Assembly: GCA_050613775.1 (NCBI GenBank)
Contig: JBODTK010000155.1
Coordinates: 186,001 to 250,000, forward strand
Reading direction: 5' to 3'
Length of the DNA: 64,000 nt
DNA from: Neocallimastix sp. 'constans'
Taxonomy: Eukaryota
Part shown: one piece after another, positions 42,075-57,307 of the stretch
How positions within the stretch are numbered: position 1 is the stretch's first letter
How the letters are laid out: each line of letters begins with the position of its first letter
Notes under the pieces: generated by a model
The model's input: the letters and a program-made list of their open reading frames with translations, nothing else
Databases searched by the model: none
Told to the model about the DNA's origin: nothing
Position numbers and translations under genes: made by a program

Positions 42075-42637
42075 AATGTTTTTTAATCATTAACACTTCT
42101 ATTTATATCTCCTTTTTTTCCTTTATTTTTTTTTCTTTCATTTCATTACCATGTTATTATAATATAAAAAATAAAAAAAATAATAATATATTAAAATAAT
42201 ATATATTATAAATATATAGAACTTTACCATATTAGAAGCAATAAACTCCTAATTATAAACATAAAATAAAAACAATATATATATATATAAAATATAATAA
42301 AATAAAATTAAAAATTGAACATAAAAAAAAAAAAAAATAAAAATAAAAAAACTAAACAGAAATTAATTTATATATTTATTATTTCTATAGATATATTTCT
42401 ATAGATATTTATATATTTCTTTAAATATAAAAGTATTAAGTATATATTTATATGAAGAAATAAATATAAAGATAAAATGTATAAAAAAAAAAAATAAATA
42501 AATAAAAAATAACATAAAAAAAAAAAAAAATAAGGAATCATGTTATAAATTATTCTTATCTTTTTATTAAAAAAAATTAACAGAAAATAAAAATATATAT
42601 ATATATAAAATTTCATTATGTTTTTAATAGGTAGATA

Positions 42638-42681
<44 letters not shown>

Positions 42682-42898
42682 CTATAAATAGGAAAATAAA
42701 TTGTTATAAATAAAATCCTTTTAATTTTTTCTTAATCTTTTTAAATATATAAAAATATACAAAATAGAATATAACAAATCAAAAATAAAAAAAAAAAAAA
42801 AAGTATTGATAGTAGAATTAAATATAATAAAAAAAATATATGTAATAATAATTGTGATAATAATTTTTTTTTTTTAATGTTGAGAAGAGAAAAGAGGC

Positions 42899-42939
<41 letters not shown>

Positions 42940-43515
42940 ACAAATTAAAAAATAACAAACAAATAAATAACAAACAAATAAATAAAAAATATAAAAATAA
43001 AAAAAAAAAAAAAAAAAAAAAAAAAGTCGAATTTTTCTTTAATTTATTGCTCTTTTTTTTTTTTTTTTTTATGTATTTTCTTATAAAAAAATTTATTATA
43101 AAAGTTTTAACCTCCTATCCATCTTTATATATATATATAATTTTTTAATATATTTATATATATATATATAATACAACATTATTTTTGAGATTATTAAAAA
43201 TATCAAAAAAAAAAAAAAATTATAAAATTTTCTCATTAATGTTTTATATTTTATTTATTGTTTGTATTTTATAATTATATATAATACTTTTTTTTTTATT
43301 TTTGTCAATTTCTTGAAAACAAACAAACAAACAAACAAAAACAAAAACAAAAAAAAAAAAAAAAAAAAAGGTAAAATAAAATAAATAAATATATATATAA
43401 TAAAATATTATAAAAATAAATTAAATAAAACAAAATATTTTTATTAATTATTATAAATTATTTATTATTATAATTTAATATTTTATTATTTTTATTATAA
43501 ATAGAATAATAAAAA

Positions 43516-43576
<61 letters not shown>

Positions 43577-43834
43577 CTATTATTACTATTATTGCAATTA
43601 TTTATTTATTTTTTTTTTTTCTTTATTTCAAAATATACATTTTAGAATAATAAATAAAATTAATTTTTAAAGAAAAAAATTAGTACAGAAAAAAAAAAAA
43701 AAAATTATATATATATATATTATATATATATAAAATAAAATATGAAAATATAAAATAAAAATCATTATTAATAAAAATGTTTATATAGATTATGATAATA
43801 AAATTTGAATAAAAATGAATAAAATAAAATATAT

Positions 43835-43920
43835 TAGTAGAATATAATATAAAGTGTAGATTAAATAAAATAAAATAAAATAAATAGTAGAATATAAAGT
43901 ACAGATTAAATAAAATAAAA
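43835..43920 (+). repeat. Two core+(TAAAA)n units
   Basis: TAGTAGAATATAATATAAAGTGTAGATTAAA(TAAAA)3TAAA followed by TAGTAGAATATAAAGTACAGATTAAA(TAAAA)2. Confidence 0.8.
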
Positions 43921-44009
43921 AGTAAAATAAAAATAAAAATAAAAATAAAAATAAAAATAAAAATATATCATATTAATTATATTATTTTTTATTATTTATT
44001 AAATATTAA

Positions 44010-44040
<31 letters not shown>

Positions 44041-44470
44041 TTTTAAAAAAGAAAAAATACTTTTAAATATTATGTAAATTTAAATTGAATTAAAAAAAAA
44101 AAAAAAAAAAAAAAATAAATAAATAAATAAATAAATAAAATAAAATATAAATAATTTATTCAATTATTGTTAATGATTTATTCTGCTTTGTATTTGTATT
44201 GGATTCATTATTACTACAATAATTGTATTGTGTTGTATATACTATTTTTTTTTTTTTTTTTTACGTTTTGGTAGTCTTTATATAATTTTAATTTGTAAAA
44301 AAAAAAATATAAATAAAAATAAAAATAAAAATATAAGTAGTAGATAATATAATTTTGTATTTATGATTTTCTTTTTCTTTTATTATTATTATTATTATTA
44401 TTATTATAAATATTATTAATAGTCCATTAAAAATTAAATAAATAAATTAAAAATATCTAATTTATTTTTG

Positions 44471-44520
<50 letters not shown>

Positions 44521-44565
44521 GTATTTTTTTTTTTTTTTTTTAATTATATTTAATTGTTTATTTAT

Positions 44566-45292
44566 TTATTCACTACTATTAAATGAATCATCAGAATCAG
44601 AATCTGATAATGAATTACTGGAATCATCGCTTTGATCTATGATTTCATTCTTAACTATAATTTTCAAAAATTAAATATAATATATATATATATATATTAA
44701 TAAAATAAACAAAAATAATTGTTTAATATTTTTTTTTTTTTTATAAATTAAACTTTTATTTAAAATACAATAAATATATAAAAGGAAAACTTACTTCTTT
44801 TTTTAATATTGACTCTTTCCTTTCTTATTTCTTTTTTAGGTTTTTTTTGATTATCTTTAACGTATTGATATAATTTCCATAATGTTGTTGTATCAAAAGA
44901 ATCAATATCTAATTCAATTTCTTCTTGGCCAGTTTCCTATTTTAAATTAATAAATAAATAAATATTTATATAAATTTATATAAATTTGTTTAAATAAAAT
45001 AATTTAATATTAATTAATAAATATAAAATTAGTTAAAATTACTGCATATACATATTTAATTTTAATAAATAATAATATAAATTTTTATTGAAGGAAAAAC
45101 AAATGAAATAAATAGATAAATAAAACTTACTAATGGCATGGATTCTTGAATAATTTGAACAACTTCGCACATTTTTTCTAATGGAAGTTTATTTATACAA
45201 TCACTAATTTCTCTTTTTTGATCCATATTTAAAGACGGTATATTAAAAGATACTATAATAATATATAACAAATAAATAAATAAATTGATAAA

Positions 45293-45355
<63 letters not shown>

Positions 45356-46250
45356 TTAATAATTTTTATTTATTCAATTATTTGTTTTTTTAAAAAAAAA
45401 AAATAATATTAATAATTACCATTTGTTTTTGGTATAAACTTTTCTTCATAGTTATTTATATCATTATTGGTATTATTACGTTTATTATTTCTTTTATTAC
45501 CCCTTCTTCGTGATGAAGTGGTGGGCTTTGTGGTAGTGGTAGTGGTAGTGGTGGCGGTGGTAGTGGTAGTGGTAGTAGTCTTTCTTTTTTTACCCTTTTT
45601 CTTTGAATTAGTTGATTTTTCGTTGGTAGATGGGATGACAGGTTCAGGTTCTTCATATGTTTCAACATAGGTTGGTGAAGGGGAATCCCGATCAGTACGG
45701 GAAGCCTTAACTCCACGTCGTGATTTAGGATTTTCATAATCTTCATATGATGGAAAAGAATAAGTATTATTATTTTCTTCCTCTTCTATCTCTTCTTCAA
45801 TTTCTTCTTCCTCTTCTTCTATATATTTTTCTTTTGGAATATCAATAGTAAAGTTGTGATTTGATTTATGTTTTGCTTTAAATTGCTTTGAAGATAATTT
45901 ATTATTCTTTTGATTTCGAGATATCTTTTTAGTTGTAGTAGAATGAGATGCTTGTCTTCTATTCTTAGTGGTATGAGAAGTAGAGGTAACGGTATAAGAA
46001 TTTGTATTGGCAGCACTTGATTTTTTAGATGGTGGTAATTTTTTATTTAGAGAATCACTTTTTTGTTCTAAAAGCATAGTAAGTCGTGCGGTACATGTTT
46101 GCAATGTTTTTTGTAGTTCTTCTATTTCTAATTTTAATAATTCTATTTTATTTATTAATTAATTTTGACATAAATATTTAAAAAAAAAATAATAACAATA
46201 ACAACAATAATTAATAATTAATGCAATTAATGACAATAATAGTTAATAAT

Positions 46251-46285
<35 letters not shown>

Positions 46286-46343
46286 TAATAATAAATTTGT
46301 TAATATATTATATTTATTGAATATCGTTTTTATATATTTATAT

Positions 46344-46374
<31 letters not shown>

Positions 46375-49300
46375 ATTTTTTATAATATATATAAATATAT
46401 TATTACTATTTATTTATTTACCATCATTATCGGATTCTTCTGCTTTTTCAAAATCATCTATAATTTCTTCCTTTTCTTCATTATCAATCATATTAAGTTT
46501 TCTTTTCTTTACAACTTTTGTGGCTCCTTTTTTCTTGGTATCTTTTTTAACAGATGATTTATGATTAGTTTGTTTCGTTTGAGTTACTGTTGAAGATTTG
46601 GATGATTTGGATTTAGTGGTTTTTATTGTAGTTGATACAGAACGTTTTTTGGACTTAGAGGATACTTTTGGAGTTATTGTTGCATGATCATGATTTGGAA
46701 TAGGTTGAGGTTGTTGAGATTGAGATTTATGATCACTAGAATGACTATTTTTTTTATTAGAAGTAGTAATTTGACTTTCTATAGGTTTCTCTATATTATC
46801 TTCAATAATTTTATCCTTCATTTCAGTTGTTGTAGTATTTTGTTGTGATGAAACTTTATGTGAATTAGTATGTGAATTTTTTCTTGAAGTAGTTGTAGAT
46901 GTTGAGTTGGTATGATTTGCTGTTGAAGATTTTTTATTATGATTATGATTAGTAATATTTGACTTTACAGGTTCTGGTGGTTGTAATGATTTTTCATAAC
47001 GATCATTATAATAATCTTATATGAAAATTTATATATATATAAATATTCATAAATAAAAATAAAAAATTAAAATGTTTTATATATATATATTTATATTAAA
47101 AATAAAAATAAAAATATTAATATTATATATATTATAATATATTATTATAAATATATTATTATTACTATTAAATATATATATAATATAAATATTTAAATAT
47201 TTCTTAAATAATATAACTATATGATTAAATATAATAAAGAAATAAATAAAAAAAAAAAATTAAAATTATAATAAAATAATTAATAATAATTAAAATTTTT
47301 AACATACTCCAGTATTCATTGAATATTTCTTCTAATTGTTTTCCTAAGATATATACATCAGTCCCTTCCGGATTATATTGATAACAATTTTTAAAGATAA
47401 GTCTAAAATCATCCTCAAATTCTTTCTTTTTTAAATAAATACCAGAATCCAATTTTTCTTGAATAGTTGAAATATCCATTGGAGTTTTAATAATGAGTGG
47501 ATAATCTGGAATATTTAAGGCGACAGGATCTACAGGTTGTAAGAAGGGGTAACTTATATGTTCATAACGTTTTTTTAAAATTTCATTCAAGACATCTGTA
47601 CAAACAACCATTTCACCTGTTAATTTCATTAACCTACTACTACTCTTCTTATATAGACAGCTATAAAAACTATTATTATTATAATTTCTCTTTTTATATA
47701 TTGAATTAGTGGTTTTACCTCCTGTCTTTCTATTATTTTTTGTTGATGAATTTTTGGTATCTGTTATATTATGTATTTTGTCCTAAAAAATATATATATA
47801 TATTTTGAGAATATTTTTATTTTTATTTATTTTGAAAAGAATAATTAATTAATTAATTAATTAATGCCATTAAATTAATAATAATAATAATAATAATAAT
47901 AACTAATAATTCAAGTTAAATATTTATTTAAAATATATATATGTATAATATATATATATATATTTACTTTGCTTGTAGTATTTATAATTTCTCTTGAAGA
48001 AGATTCTTCTGAAGAATTAATCTATTTTAATTTATTATAAAAAAAATTAATTTACCATATATTTATTATTATTTATTATTATTACCATTATTATTATCAT
48101 TACTATAACTAAATATAATAATTTGTTTTATATACCTCATGGTAATAATGATTTAATTGATTATTAAATGAAATTTCTAAATTTTTTGCCATTAATGAAA
48201 CCGGTTGTTGAATTCCATTATATTCATAACAATTTTTAAACATTAAGCTAAAATCATCAATAAATTCATCAATATTTTTGTATGAAGATGATTTTAACTT
48301 TTTTTCGATAGTAGAAATATCCATTGGATGATGAATTATTGTAAAATAATCTGGTATACCAAGAGCTACTGGATCTACTGGCTTTAAAAATGGACCAGAA
48401 TCATTATGTCGTTTTAAATTCTTTACTATTGATGTACATATTTTTATATGTTCTGGTGGCATTGAAATATTTTCTTTATTACTATTATTATCATTTTCTT
48501 TGGCTTCTTCATTTTCCTTATGTTCTTTTTCAATTTCATTTTCTTTCTTTACTTTATTAACATTTTCCTCTTCTTTTACATCTTTCATTTCTACATCCTC
48601 TTCTTTATTAATATTTAATTCTTCATTTTTTACTTCTCTCATTTCAACATCTTCTTTAATATCAGATTCATTATTTTCTTTATTAACATCTGTCATTTCA
48701 ATATCTTCACTTTCTTTTATTTCATTATTTAGTAGTAAATTAGAATCGATTGATGTATTTATATTTTCATTATTTTGTTTATCTTTATCTTTGATATTTA
48801 TTTCATTTTCTTTTGAAAATTTTTCTTCTTTTATAAAACATGCTATATTATCTTTTTTTATTTCTACATCCTTCTTTATTTCTGATGATTTTTTCGATTT
48901 TTCATTATTTTTTTCAACATTATTTTCTTTTTTATTATGATTATTTATTTCAATATTATTTTTATCCTTATTTTGATTTTGACTATGTGTTTTAATGTCT
49001 TTTTCTTTATTATTTTTATCTAACTCAATATCTTTTCTATTATTTATTCCATAATCATCCTTTTTATTATTTTCTTTACTCTCTTTTATTTTTGTATTAC
49101 TTTTTTTAACAATTATTTTTGAATCATTTTTTTCATCTAATTTATTTCCTTCTTTTATTTCTTTATCATCTTTTTCATTTTTTTTATTATCCACATTAAC
49201 TTTCTGATTATTCACTTCCCCTATTTTATTATACTCTGTATCATTATCATTTTTATTTTTATAATTTCCATATAATGATTGATTATGAAAACTACTACTA

Positions 49301-49838
49301 CCACTACAACTATTACTATTAATGTATGAATTTACAACTGTACAACTTGAGACTGGTTCACTATTAGGTGGACTTAATACCTTTAATAATAAAAAATATA
49401 ATATTTATTTGATACATTTACAATTAACATCAAATAATAATTATACTCTATCAAATTTCTTTTTAACAAATATATGTCTGATATTAATTACTAATATTAT
49501 ATATATATATATTATATATATATATATAATACATACTTGCGTTTGAATATTTTTCAAAATTTTTATTTGGTTTATATTCGTTTCTGAATCATCAGTCTGA
49601 TCAATTGGACTGTAACAACTATTAATTTATATATTTTTTAAATAAATCATTTTCTTTAATTTTTTTGAAGTTTAAAAATACAAAATTATATATATATATG
49701 ATATTGTTCATTATAAAATCTTATATTTAATATAATGATACATATAATTATTTATTAGTAATATAATCAATTTAAAATTTACCCATTATTATCCATTACA
49801 ATATCATAATCCTGTTTATGTTGGTCACCCTTACTCAT
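44566..49838 (-). CDS. BDF1: BET-family double-bromodomain + ET protein (Bdf1-like). Exons 49838-49783, 49609(or 49618)-49537, 49380-48136, 48021-47968, 47782-47308, 47015-46422, 46127(or 46142)-45420, 45252-45131, 44936-44795, 44654-44566
   Basis: BD1 SGPFLKPVDPVALGIPDYFTIIHHPMDISTIEKKL..NCYEYN; BD2 YPFLQPVDPVALNIPDYPLIIKTPMDISTIQEKL..NCYQYNPEG; ET domain LNMDQKREISDCINKLP..EEIELDIDSFDTTTLWKLYQYV. All nine introns are GT-AG and in phase. Confidence 0.92.
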
Positions 49839-49994
49839 GATATATAAAAATGTATTATTACTATTTATTTTAATTATTCTATAATGTCTATATCTTATAT
49901 TTATTTCTTTGCTCGGCAATTATCCTTTAATTACAACAGTATCCAAAATATGAAAAATAAAAATAATAATAAAAAAATAATATATATATATATA

Positions 49995-50046
<52 letters not shown>

Positions 50047-51722
50047 ACAAAATTATAAATATTTATTTTAGTTATTTTATACTTTTATTTGTTTATATAT
50101 ATATAATTTTTAATATTTTTAATTTCATATTTATTTGATGTATCATTCATATTTTTATAATAAAAAAAACAATTATATTAATATTAAATTTATATATATT
50201 TTTAATATAGAAAAAAATATATTTTTATATAATTTTAATTTGATTCTATTTATTATATATACAAAATATAATTATAATGAATGTAGTACACCCTTATATA
50301 TATATATATAAAGGTATTATTTAATAATATAATACTTACAATATTAATTTACGAAAAATTAATATTATAAAAAGGAAATTTATAATATTAACGATTAATT
50401 CAAATATTTTTCTTTTTTAAAATATATTTGAATAAACTATATATTATTTATATAATATATATATGTATATACAAAAATTTAATAAAACAATTTATAACGA
50501 ATCAAATAATAAGATTTGATTTATATTTTTCTGTATTTAAATTGATAAGAAAATAGCATTAATGAAAAAATGATATAAAATACTGTTGATATTTAAAAAT
50601 TTAATTAGGTATCTTAATTTGATATATATTATTATATATATTTTTAAAATGTATTAATAAATACAATACAAGTTGAATGTGAATAAAGTTAAGAAAATAA
50701 AAAAGTTATATATACATATAAATAATTATTTGTAATTAAATTTTTTTAATTCTCTTATAGTACAATATCTTAAATCTTTATTATTTATTTATTTATTATA
50801 TTTCCTCTTTTTTTTTTATTTATTTTTTATTTTGTATTTTTATCTTTTTATTTTTTTTTTTTTTAATAATAATATATATTATTCTTTTTAAATGTTAAAT
50901 TTTTTAAGATTCAAAATTTTAAATTAGAAAACTTTATAACCTCATTTATGAACAATTTTATTAATTGGTAATAAAAATTGATTTAGTAATTCAGTTAATA
51001 TATGAAATAATAATGATCTCCTTTTATTTGTATAATGTATTCTGTATAACAAGGAAAGTTAAAAAATACTAAAATTTAAAAAAATAAATATATAAAAAAA
51101 ATAAAAGCTTCTCTTATGAATAAAATAAAATATTAAAAAAGTAGTAAAAAATTTTAAAAATAAAAAATAAAAAAAAATAAAAATAAAAAAATAAAAAAAA
51201 ATAAAAAATAAATAATATAAATATATAAAATTAAAATTGAAAAAAAAAATATAAAATGAGGATAATTAATTATTTATGAACTTTAATATATTTAATATTA
51301 ATATTATTTATATTAATATAATACTTATTAATATATTATTTTATTAATAATTTTAAAAACATTAATTTTTAAATTTTTATTTTATTTTTTGAATAATTAA
51401 ATAATTAATAAATTATATGAATAATGAAATAAATAATTAAAAAATTAAATGATTCAATAATTCAATAAAAATAATTAATAAATACAAGAAAAAAAAAATA
51501 AAAAGTAAAAAAATATATTTAAACGCAAAAAAAAAAAAAAAATTAAAATAAATGAACATAAAAAAAATTTAAATAAAAATTAATAAATAAATATCTAAAT
51601 AAAAAAAATTTAATGTTTAATATTTAAATTTAAAAATTTAAAAATTTTAATGATTTTATTTTATTTTATTTTATTTTATTTTATTTTATTTAATAATAAA
51701 ATCTAATTATTTATTCTTTTAT

Positions 51723-51756
<34 letters not shown>

Positions 51757-52353
51757 TATTTAATTATTAATTATTTAAATATTCAATTTTAATTCATATT
51801 TCATCTTCATTCTCTAATTATAAGATATTATAATATATTATATATATAATATATTATATATTATATATTATTTAAATTTTTATTTTTTATACTTTTTAAC
51901 TTTAATAAAAGTTTAAAACTTTAACTTTTATATTCAATATATTGAAATTTATTGTAATACATATATAAAATTAATAAAGCTGAAAAAAGAAATAATTAAA
52001 TTTTTAATTTAAAAAAAAAAAAAAAAATATAGTTAAAAGATTAAAACAACTTAAATTTTTTTTTTAATTATAATTTTTAAAGAACATTTATATAAAAAAT
52101 ATATATAAAAAGAATTTTTTAAGAATATGTAAATTGTAAATACTTTAAAATATTTTTTATAATAAATGATTAAATCTAAAATATATACAAAATTTTGCAT
52201 CGATTATTATTAATTATATAATAATTTGGTTTTTATATTACAACATTACTGTTATTAAATCTTAATGAAATAGATTTGATAATTATTAAAGCAAAAAATT
52301 TTATTTGAGGTTAATACATATTTTATTTTAAATTTATAATGATAATGAATTAG

Positions 52354-52482
52354 TAAAATATATATAATATATATAAAATATATAAAATAAATAAAATATA
52401 AAATATATATAATATATATAAAATATATAAAATAAATAAAATATATATAATATATATAAAATATATAAAATAAATAAAATAT
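52354..52482. repeat. AT-only tandem repeat, about 3 copies of a 40-47 bp unit
   Basis: Recurring TAAAATATATATAATATATATAAAATATATAAAATAAATAAAA. Confidence 0.7.
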
Positions 52483-53333
52483 ACATACTATAAATTGAAA
52501 GAAAAACCTTCACTCGGAATTAATAAATTATTATTATAAGATTTTTAATAAATTAAAATTATTATTTAAAAAACATCTAAATATTTTTATTCTTTTATTT
52601 TTTAAATATTCTTTTATATTTTAAATAAATTAAATATTGTTTTTTTTTATTAAAAAATTTTTTTATTTTATTATTTTTTTTTTACTTTTATTTATTTTTG
52701 GTTTTATTTTTATCATTATTTTCATTTTATTTTTTTTATTATTTTTTTTTCATTATTTTAATATAGTATTTAAAAAAGAAATAATATATACTCATTTTAG
52801 AGTTACTTTCAATCATGTAAATATTATTAAATTAAAAACACTTTATATAAATAATAAAAGAAACATTTAAAAAAATAATTTCTTATATTTTTATTTTTAT
52901 ATTAATATACAATATATAACTAATTATTAATGTATGTTTTATATAAAATATAACTCATGAATTAAATAGTAATTCTATTACTAATATCAAAAATCATAAT
53001 TAATACTAATATCAAAAACCATAATTAATAAAATTAATTGTTCCAATATAATTTTTCTATACAAAAATATCGTAATTTTACTTTTTATATAAAAAAGATT
53101 TTTTTTTCATTTAAAGTATATTTTAACATATTCCATATAATACTTGTTAAACTTAAAATAATAACATGAAAGTTATAATTTTGATAATACTTATATTATT
53201 TCCCTTAGACTTTAATAAATAATTATATTATTTAAAGTTAATACTTTTAAAATAAAAATATGAAATATTTAAAATATTTTTCTTTTTTGACTTCAAAAAT
53301 TTTACATATATTTTACTGCTACTAAATTTATTA

Positions 53334-53369
<36 letters not shown>

Positions 53370-53694
53370 CTAATTGAATTTAAATTTAATTTATATTATT
53401 TTGCATAGTGTATTTATACTTAATCATTTGATAGATAAAACGTTATTACTACTAAAATTATTTATAATAATTGATTAAATATATGAATAATAAATATAAA
53501 ATTTTAAGATTTATTCTCCATTAATTAAAACTATATATATATTTATTTTTTATTCTTAAATCAAAATTTAAATAGAACCTTATTATTCTTTTATGCAATT
53601 GTAAATATTTTTACAATATTTTTATTAATATTATATATATAATTTTTAATTATAATATTAAGAAAAAACATTTATTATTTATTATAGTAAAATA

Positions 53695-53870
53695 ATTGTA
53701 ATACCTAGTATTTTTTTTTAAAAAAAATAAATAAAAAATAAAATATGTATAAAATATATATATATATATACTACCTAGATTAAAATTGTAAAACCTAGTA
53801 ATTTTTTTTAAAAAAAAAAATAAAATATAAAATATATATAAAATATATATATATATATATTACCTAGATC
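53695..53870. repeat. Tandem duplication of about 90 bp
   Basis: ATTGTAA.ACCTAGTA(T)n(A)n...(AT)n.TACCTAGAT occurs twice (53695 and about 53786). Confidence 0.75.
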
Positions 53871-54686
53871 AATTATGAAATAAATTTAAATAGATATACA
53901 TATATTCATATATTTTTATATTTTTGATTATTTATTTATTAGAAATAAAATAATAATAAAATATAATTATTTTTATTTTACAAGTAGCATATTAATTTTT
54001 AATTTATAATATATTTTAAGTATGTTAAGTATTATCAATATCTTATGAACATTATGCATATCATATATGATATGCTACATAAAGCCTCATTATTATAACC
54101 TTATTCTGTATATTACCTGGTAGATTTCTTAAATAATATTTAATTTAAAAGTTATAAGGATGTGAAATTGATACAAGTTTCACCAAAATACTTAAAAATA
54201 ATAGAAAATAATATATGAAACTTAAAATTTAATATTTATTATTATAAATTATTAAATAATATTATATAATTATAAAATTTATAAAAAAATATTTAAAAAT
54301 TTTATTAATAATTTTTAATAATAAATAAATAAATAAATAAAATAATAATTATACAAAAAAAAAGAAAAAAAAAATAATATTATTAAGAAATAAAAAGAAA
54401 GAAAAGAAATAGTGAAGAGAATAATAATTTTTATAGTTTTTATATAAATAAATGTGTTTTAATTAGTTTAAAAATTAATAATTATAAAATAATATTCTAG
54501 AATAAAACAGTTTTTAATAATAGTAAATGAATATTATTTTTTTAGTTTGGTAAATATTTTTTAAATATATAAGTATTATTATTACAAATGGAAAATCTGG
54601 GTATAGCAAATACAACTTAATAGATCTAATTATATATTTATTAATATAAAAATAAAATAAAAAAAGTAATAACTTAAAATATTATG

Positions 54687-56420
54687 CAATTAAAGGCATC
54701 TGGAAGTTCGAAGCAGAATAAAAACGAATAAATCTCTAATTATTTTTCTTAGTATAGTTATTTTTAATATTTTCTTTATAATAATTAGATGCAACCGAGA
54801 ATTTGGACAAGTATAAAAACGAATAATCCGTTAATTAAGTAGTAGTTTTATAATAATATTTTATAGTAATATTTTAGTATCAAAGTTAAGAATAAATTTA
54901 TTTTGATAGCAGTGTGTATTTAATAATTATCAATAATAATTAATAATTATAAATAATATTTTAGTAATAGCATAATAAATAATAAAATATATATATATTT
55001 AAAATAAAGACAATAATGACTGAAGCAACAAAAATGGAAATTTACAACATAGAAGAATTAAGTAGAATATTTGTTTGGTTAAAGAATACTATATAAGCAG
55101 ATACTAGAAATCATTTAAAATCTTTATGCACAATCAGAAATAATGTTAAAAGGTTCCATTCTTATAAGGAAATTCGAAAAGTCATTGAGGAATATTTGTA
55201 AATTACTCCTTATTATAAATGTTCCATCTTGAAGTCTTTAAAATCAAAAAGGAACAAAACTGTTATAGTTCATCTATAATTATTTGACTCTATATAATCG
55301 ACATATCATATAGATTTTCTTGGACATAGAATATCAGCCGAGGGCATATATATTGATACTGCTAAAATCTCTTCTATTTTAGAGTGGCCAACACCAAAGA
55401 ATTTCAATTACTTTTAGGAACTATCAAACTACTATCGTCATTTTCATTACTGGATTCACTAAACTAACTCATCCATTTAATATTCTTCTTAGAAAAAATG
55501 TAAAATTTAAATGGTCTTCTGATTCTCAAAAAGCCTTTGATGAAATCGAATTTAAATTCTCTTACACTCCTGTTCTTTATTATCCAAATCACAATCTTCC
55601 CTTCATGGTTGAAACAGATAACGGTAATTTCGCTATTGGTGCAATTCTTTTCTAAACTTCTCCAAAGGATAATAAAATTCAATTTGTCGCCTTTTTCTCC
55701 AGATTACTTATTCAAACTGAAAGAAACTATCCTATATAGGATAAAGAACTTTTAACAATCATCTCTGCTTTAGAACAATTGAGACACTTACTTAAATGTA
55801 CCAACATTCCCTTTTACCATTTTCTCGGATCGATCAACTTTATCAAATGAAATCTTAAATAACGACTCAAAAATTTGTACGCTGTTCACTCTTTTTGTTT
55901 GAATTCAATTTCAAAATCGTTTATCGCTCTTGATCATCAAAGGGTAAACCAGATGCACTTTCCTATAGACCTGATTACTTCCCTTCTTAGGATTATCCAT
56001 CCAATTCTGATACTCCATTTTCGGGAACTTCGCCTTTAAAACTTTGCTGGTCTCATTATATACTAATTCCTACCTGTCTAATGCAATTCCTCAACTTTAT
56101 TTTCCGCTACTACGATCTCCCTGATGATATTCTCTCCGATAGAGGAACTAAATTTACTTCAAAATTTTGGATCGATGTCTATAAAGGATTTAATATCATT
56201 TTAAAATTTTCTTTTTCATTCCATCATCAAACCAACAGTTTGACGGAGAGGGTGAAATCTGCTATTGAAAAATATCTTAGATGCTACACAAACCTAAAAG
56301 GTTCAAACTGGGTTTATTTTCTCTACTTAGCAGAATTTAGTTACGATAATGGAATATACAAGAATCTACCAATTACTCGCCTTTTTTCTCAAATTATGGT
56401 TTCATATGGTTTCATTCCTA
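54687..56420 (+). mobile_element. Internally deleted Ty3/gypsy retrotransposon (putative LTR/leader, RT-RNase H-integrase pseudogene)
   Basis: Motifs in gypsy order: LGHRISAEGI, EWPTPK, NYYR, FMVETD..FAIGAIL, VAFFSR, ERNYPI.DKELL, KPDALS, then integrase PDDILSDRGTKFTSKFW and HHQTNSLTERV. The 5' boundary (LTR about 54687-54899, PBS-like TGATAGCAG about 54904) is tentative. Confidence 0.88.
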
Positions 56421-56424
56421 AACA

Positions 56425-56995
56425 TTAGATTACTTTAGTTTCGTCATTCTCAAATCTTTTTGAATTAATCATAAAGATCAAGTTCAATTTTTCTAAAAAT
56501 CCTTTTAAGTCACCGGCAAAGCCATCTTTAATAGTTATATTGCTAAAGTCCGATTCATCCATTTTTTTACTGAGATATATTTGAATATATTTTTAATTAA
56601 TAATATAATATTAGAATTGCAAAGTAGAGCCTTATAATGAGAATTCGGATTGAATTTAATTAGATAGAAAGCGAATTCTGAAAGAGATTTAAATAGCTTG
56701 AATTATAGATCCAATAAGTAAAAAAGAAAGGGATTACATTAATATACCTTATGTAAGAAACCAAGATTAAGTTGTACAGAAAAAAGGATAATAGCTTCTA
56801 TAACAGATTTAGAAGAGCCTAGAATAAGATTTAAAAATAGCTACTTATTAACATCACTTCGCAACAATGACAAGGGTTTTATTAGAAATCGAACCAGACC
56901 CACCTCTTACTTTCTTCATGAGTGAACAAATTATTACTTGACATGAAGGTTTTACAAATCAAGGGCATATTTGCTAATTTTTCATGTTTGTAACA
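56425..56995 (-). mobile_element. 5' end of a second Ty3/gypsy element (putative LTR 56995-56638, leader, first 45 codons of gag)
   Basis: Minus-strand TGTTACA...CA segment. ATG at 56562 gives MDESDFSNITIKDGFAGDLKGFLEKLNLIFMINSKRFENDETKVI*, typical of fungal gypsy gag N-termini (GFL..l.L.F....rF..de.KV). Confidence 0.65.
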
Positions 56996-57307
56996 CTTAT
57001 TGTGAAAATTTTATTACATAACAAGTTTGTAACACTTATAATAAGAAAATTGGTTTTATAGAAAAATCGTTTTATTAATTTATTAAATATAAAATATTAT
57101 TTATTATTATTAATTAGTTATCATAATGTTTTGAATTTCTTATTAGTTAATTAATTAATAATTGCGCAAAGAAAAATTATTTTTAGTTACGTAATTCACA
57201 CATATTTGTAATTTTTTTTTTTTTTGGAAAAACCGTTTCTGAAAAAGTTTGGTTTAATGAAAGTTCGAGAAATCGAGATTTCTTTCTAGAAAATGAAGTA
57301 TATAGGA

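Noticed and set aside
57040..57305. GAAAAA.CGTTT-type subrepeats suggesting another MITE end
   Set aside because: No matching inverted terminus could be identified.
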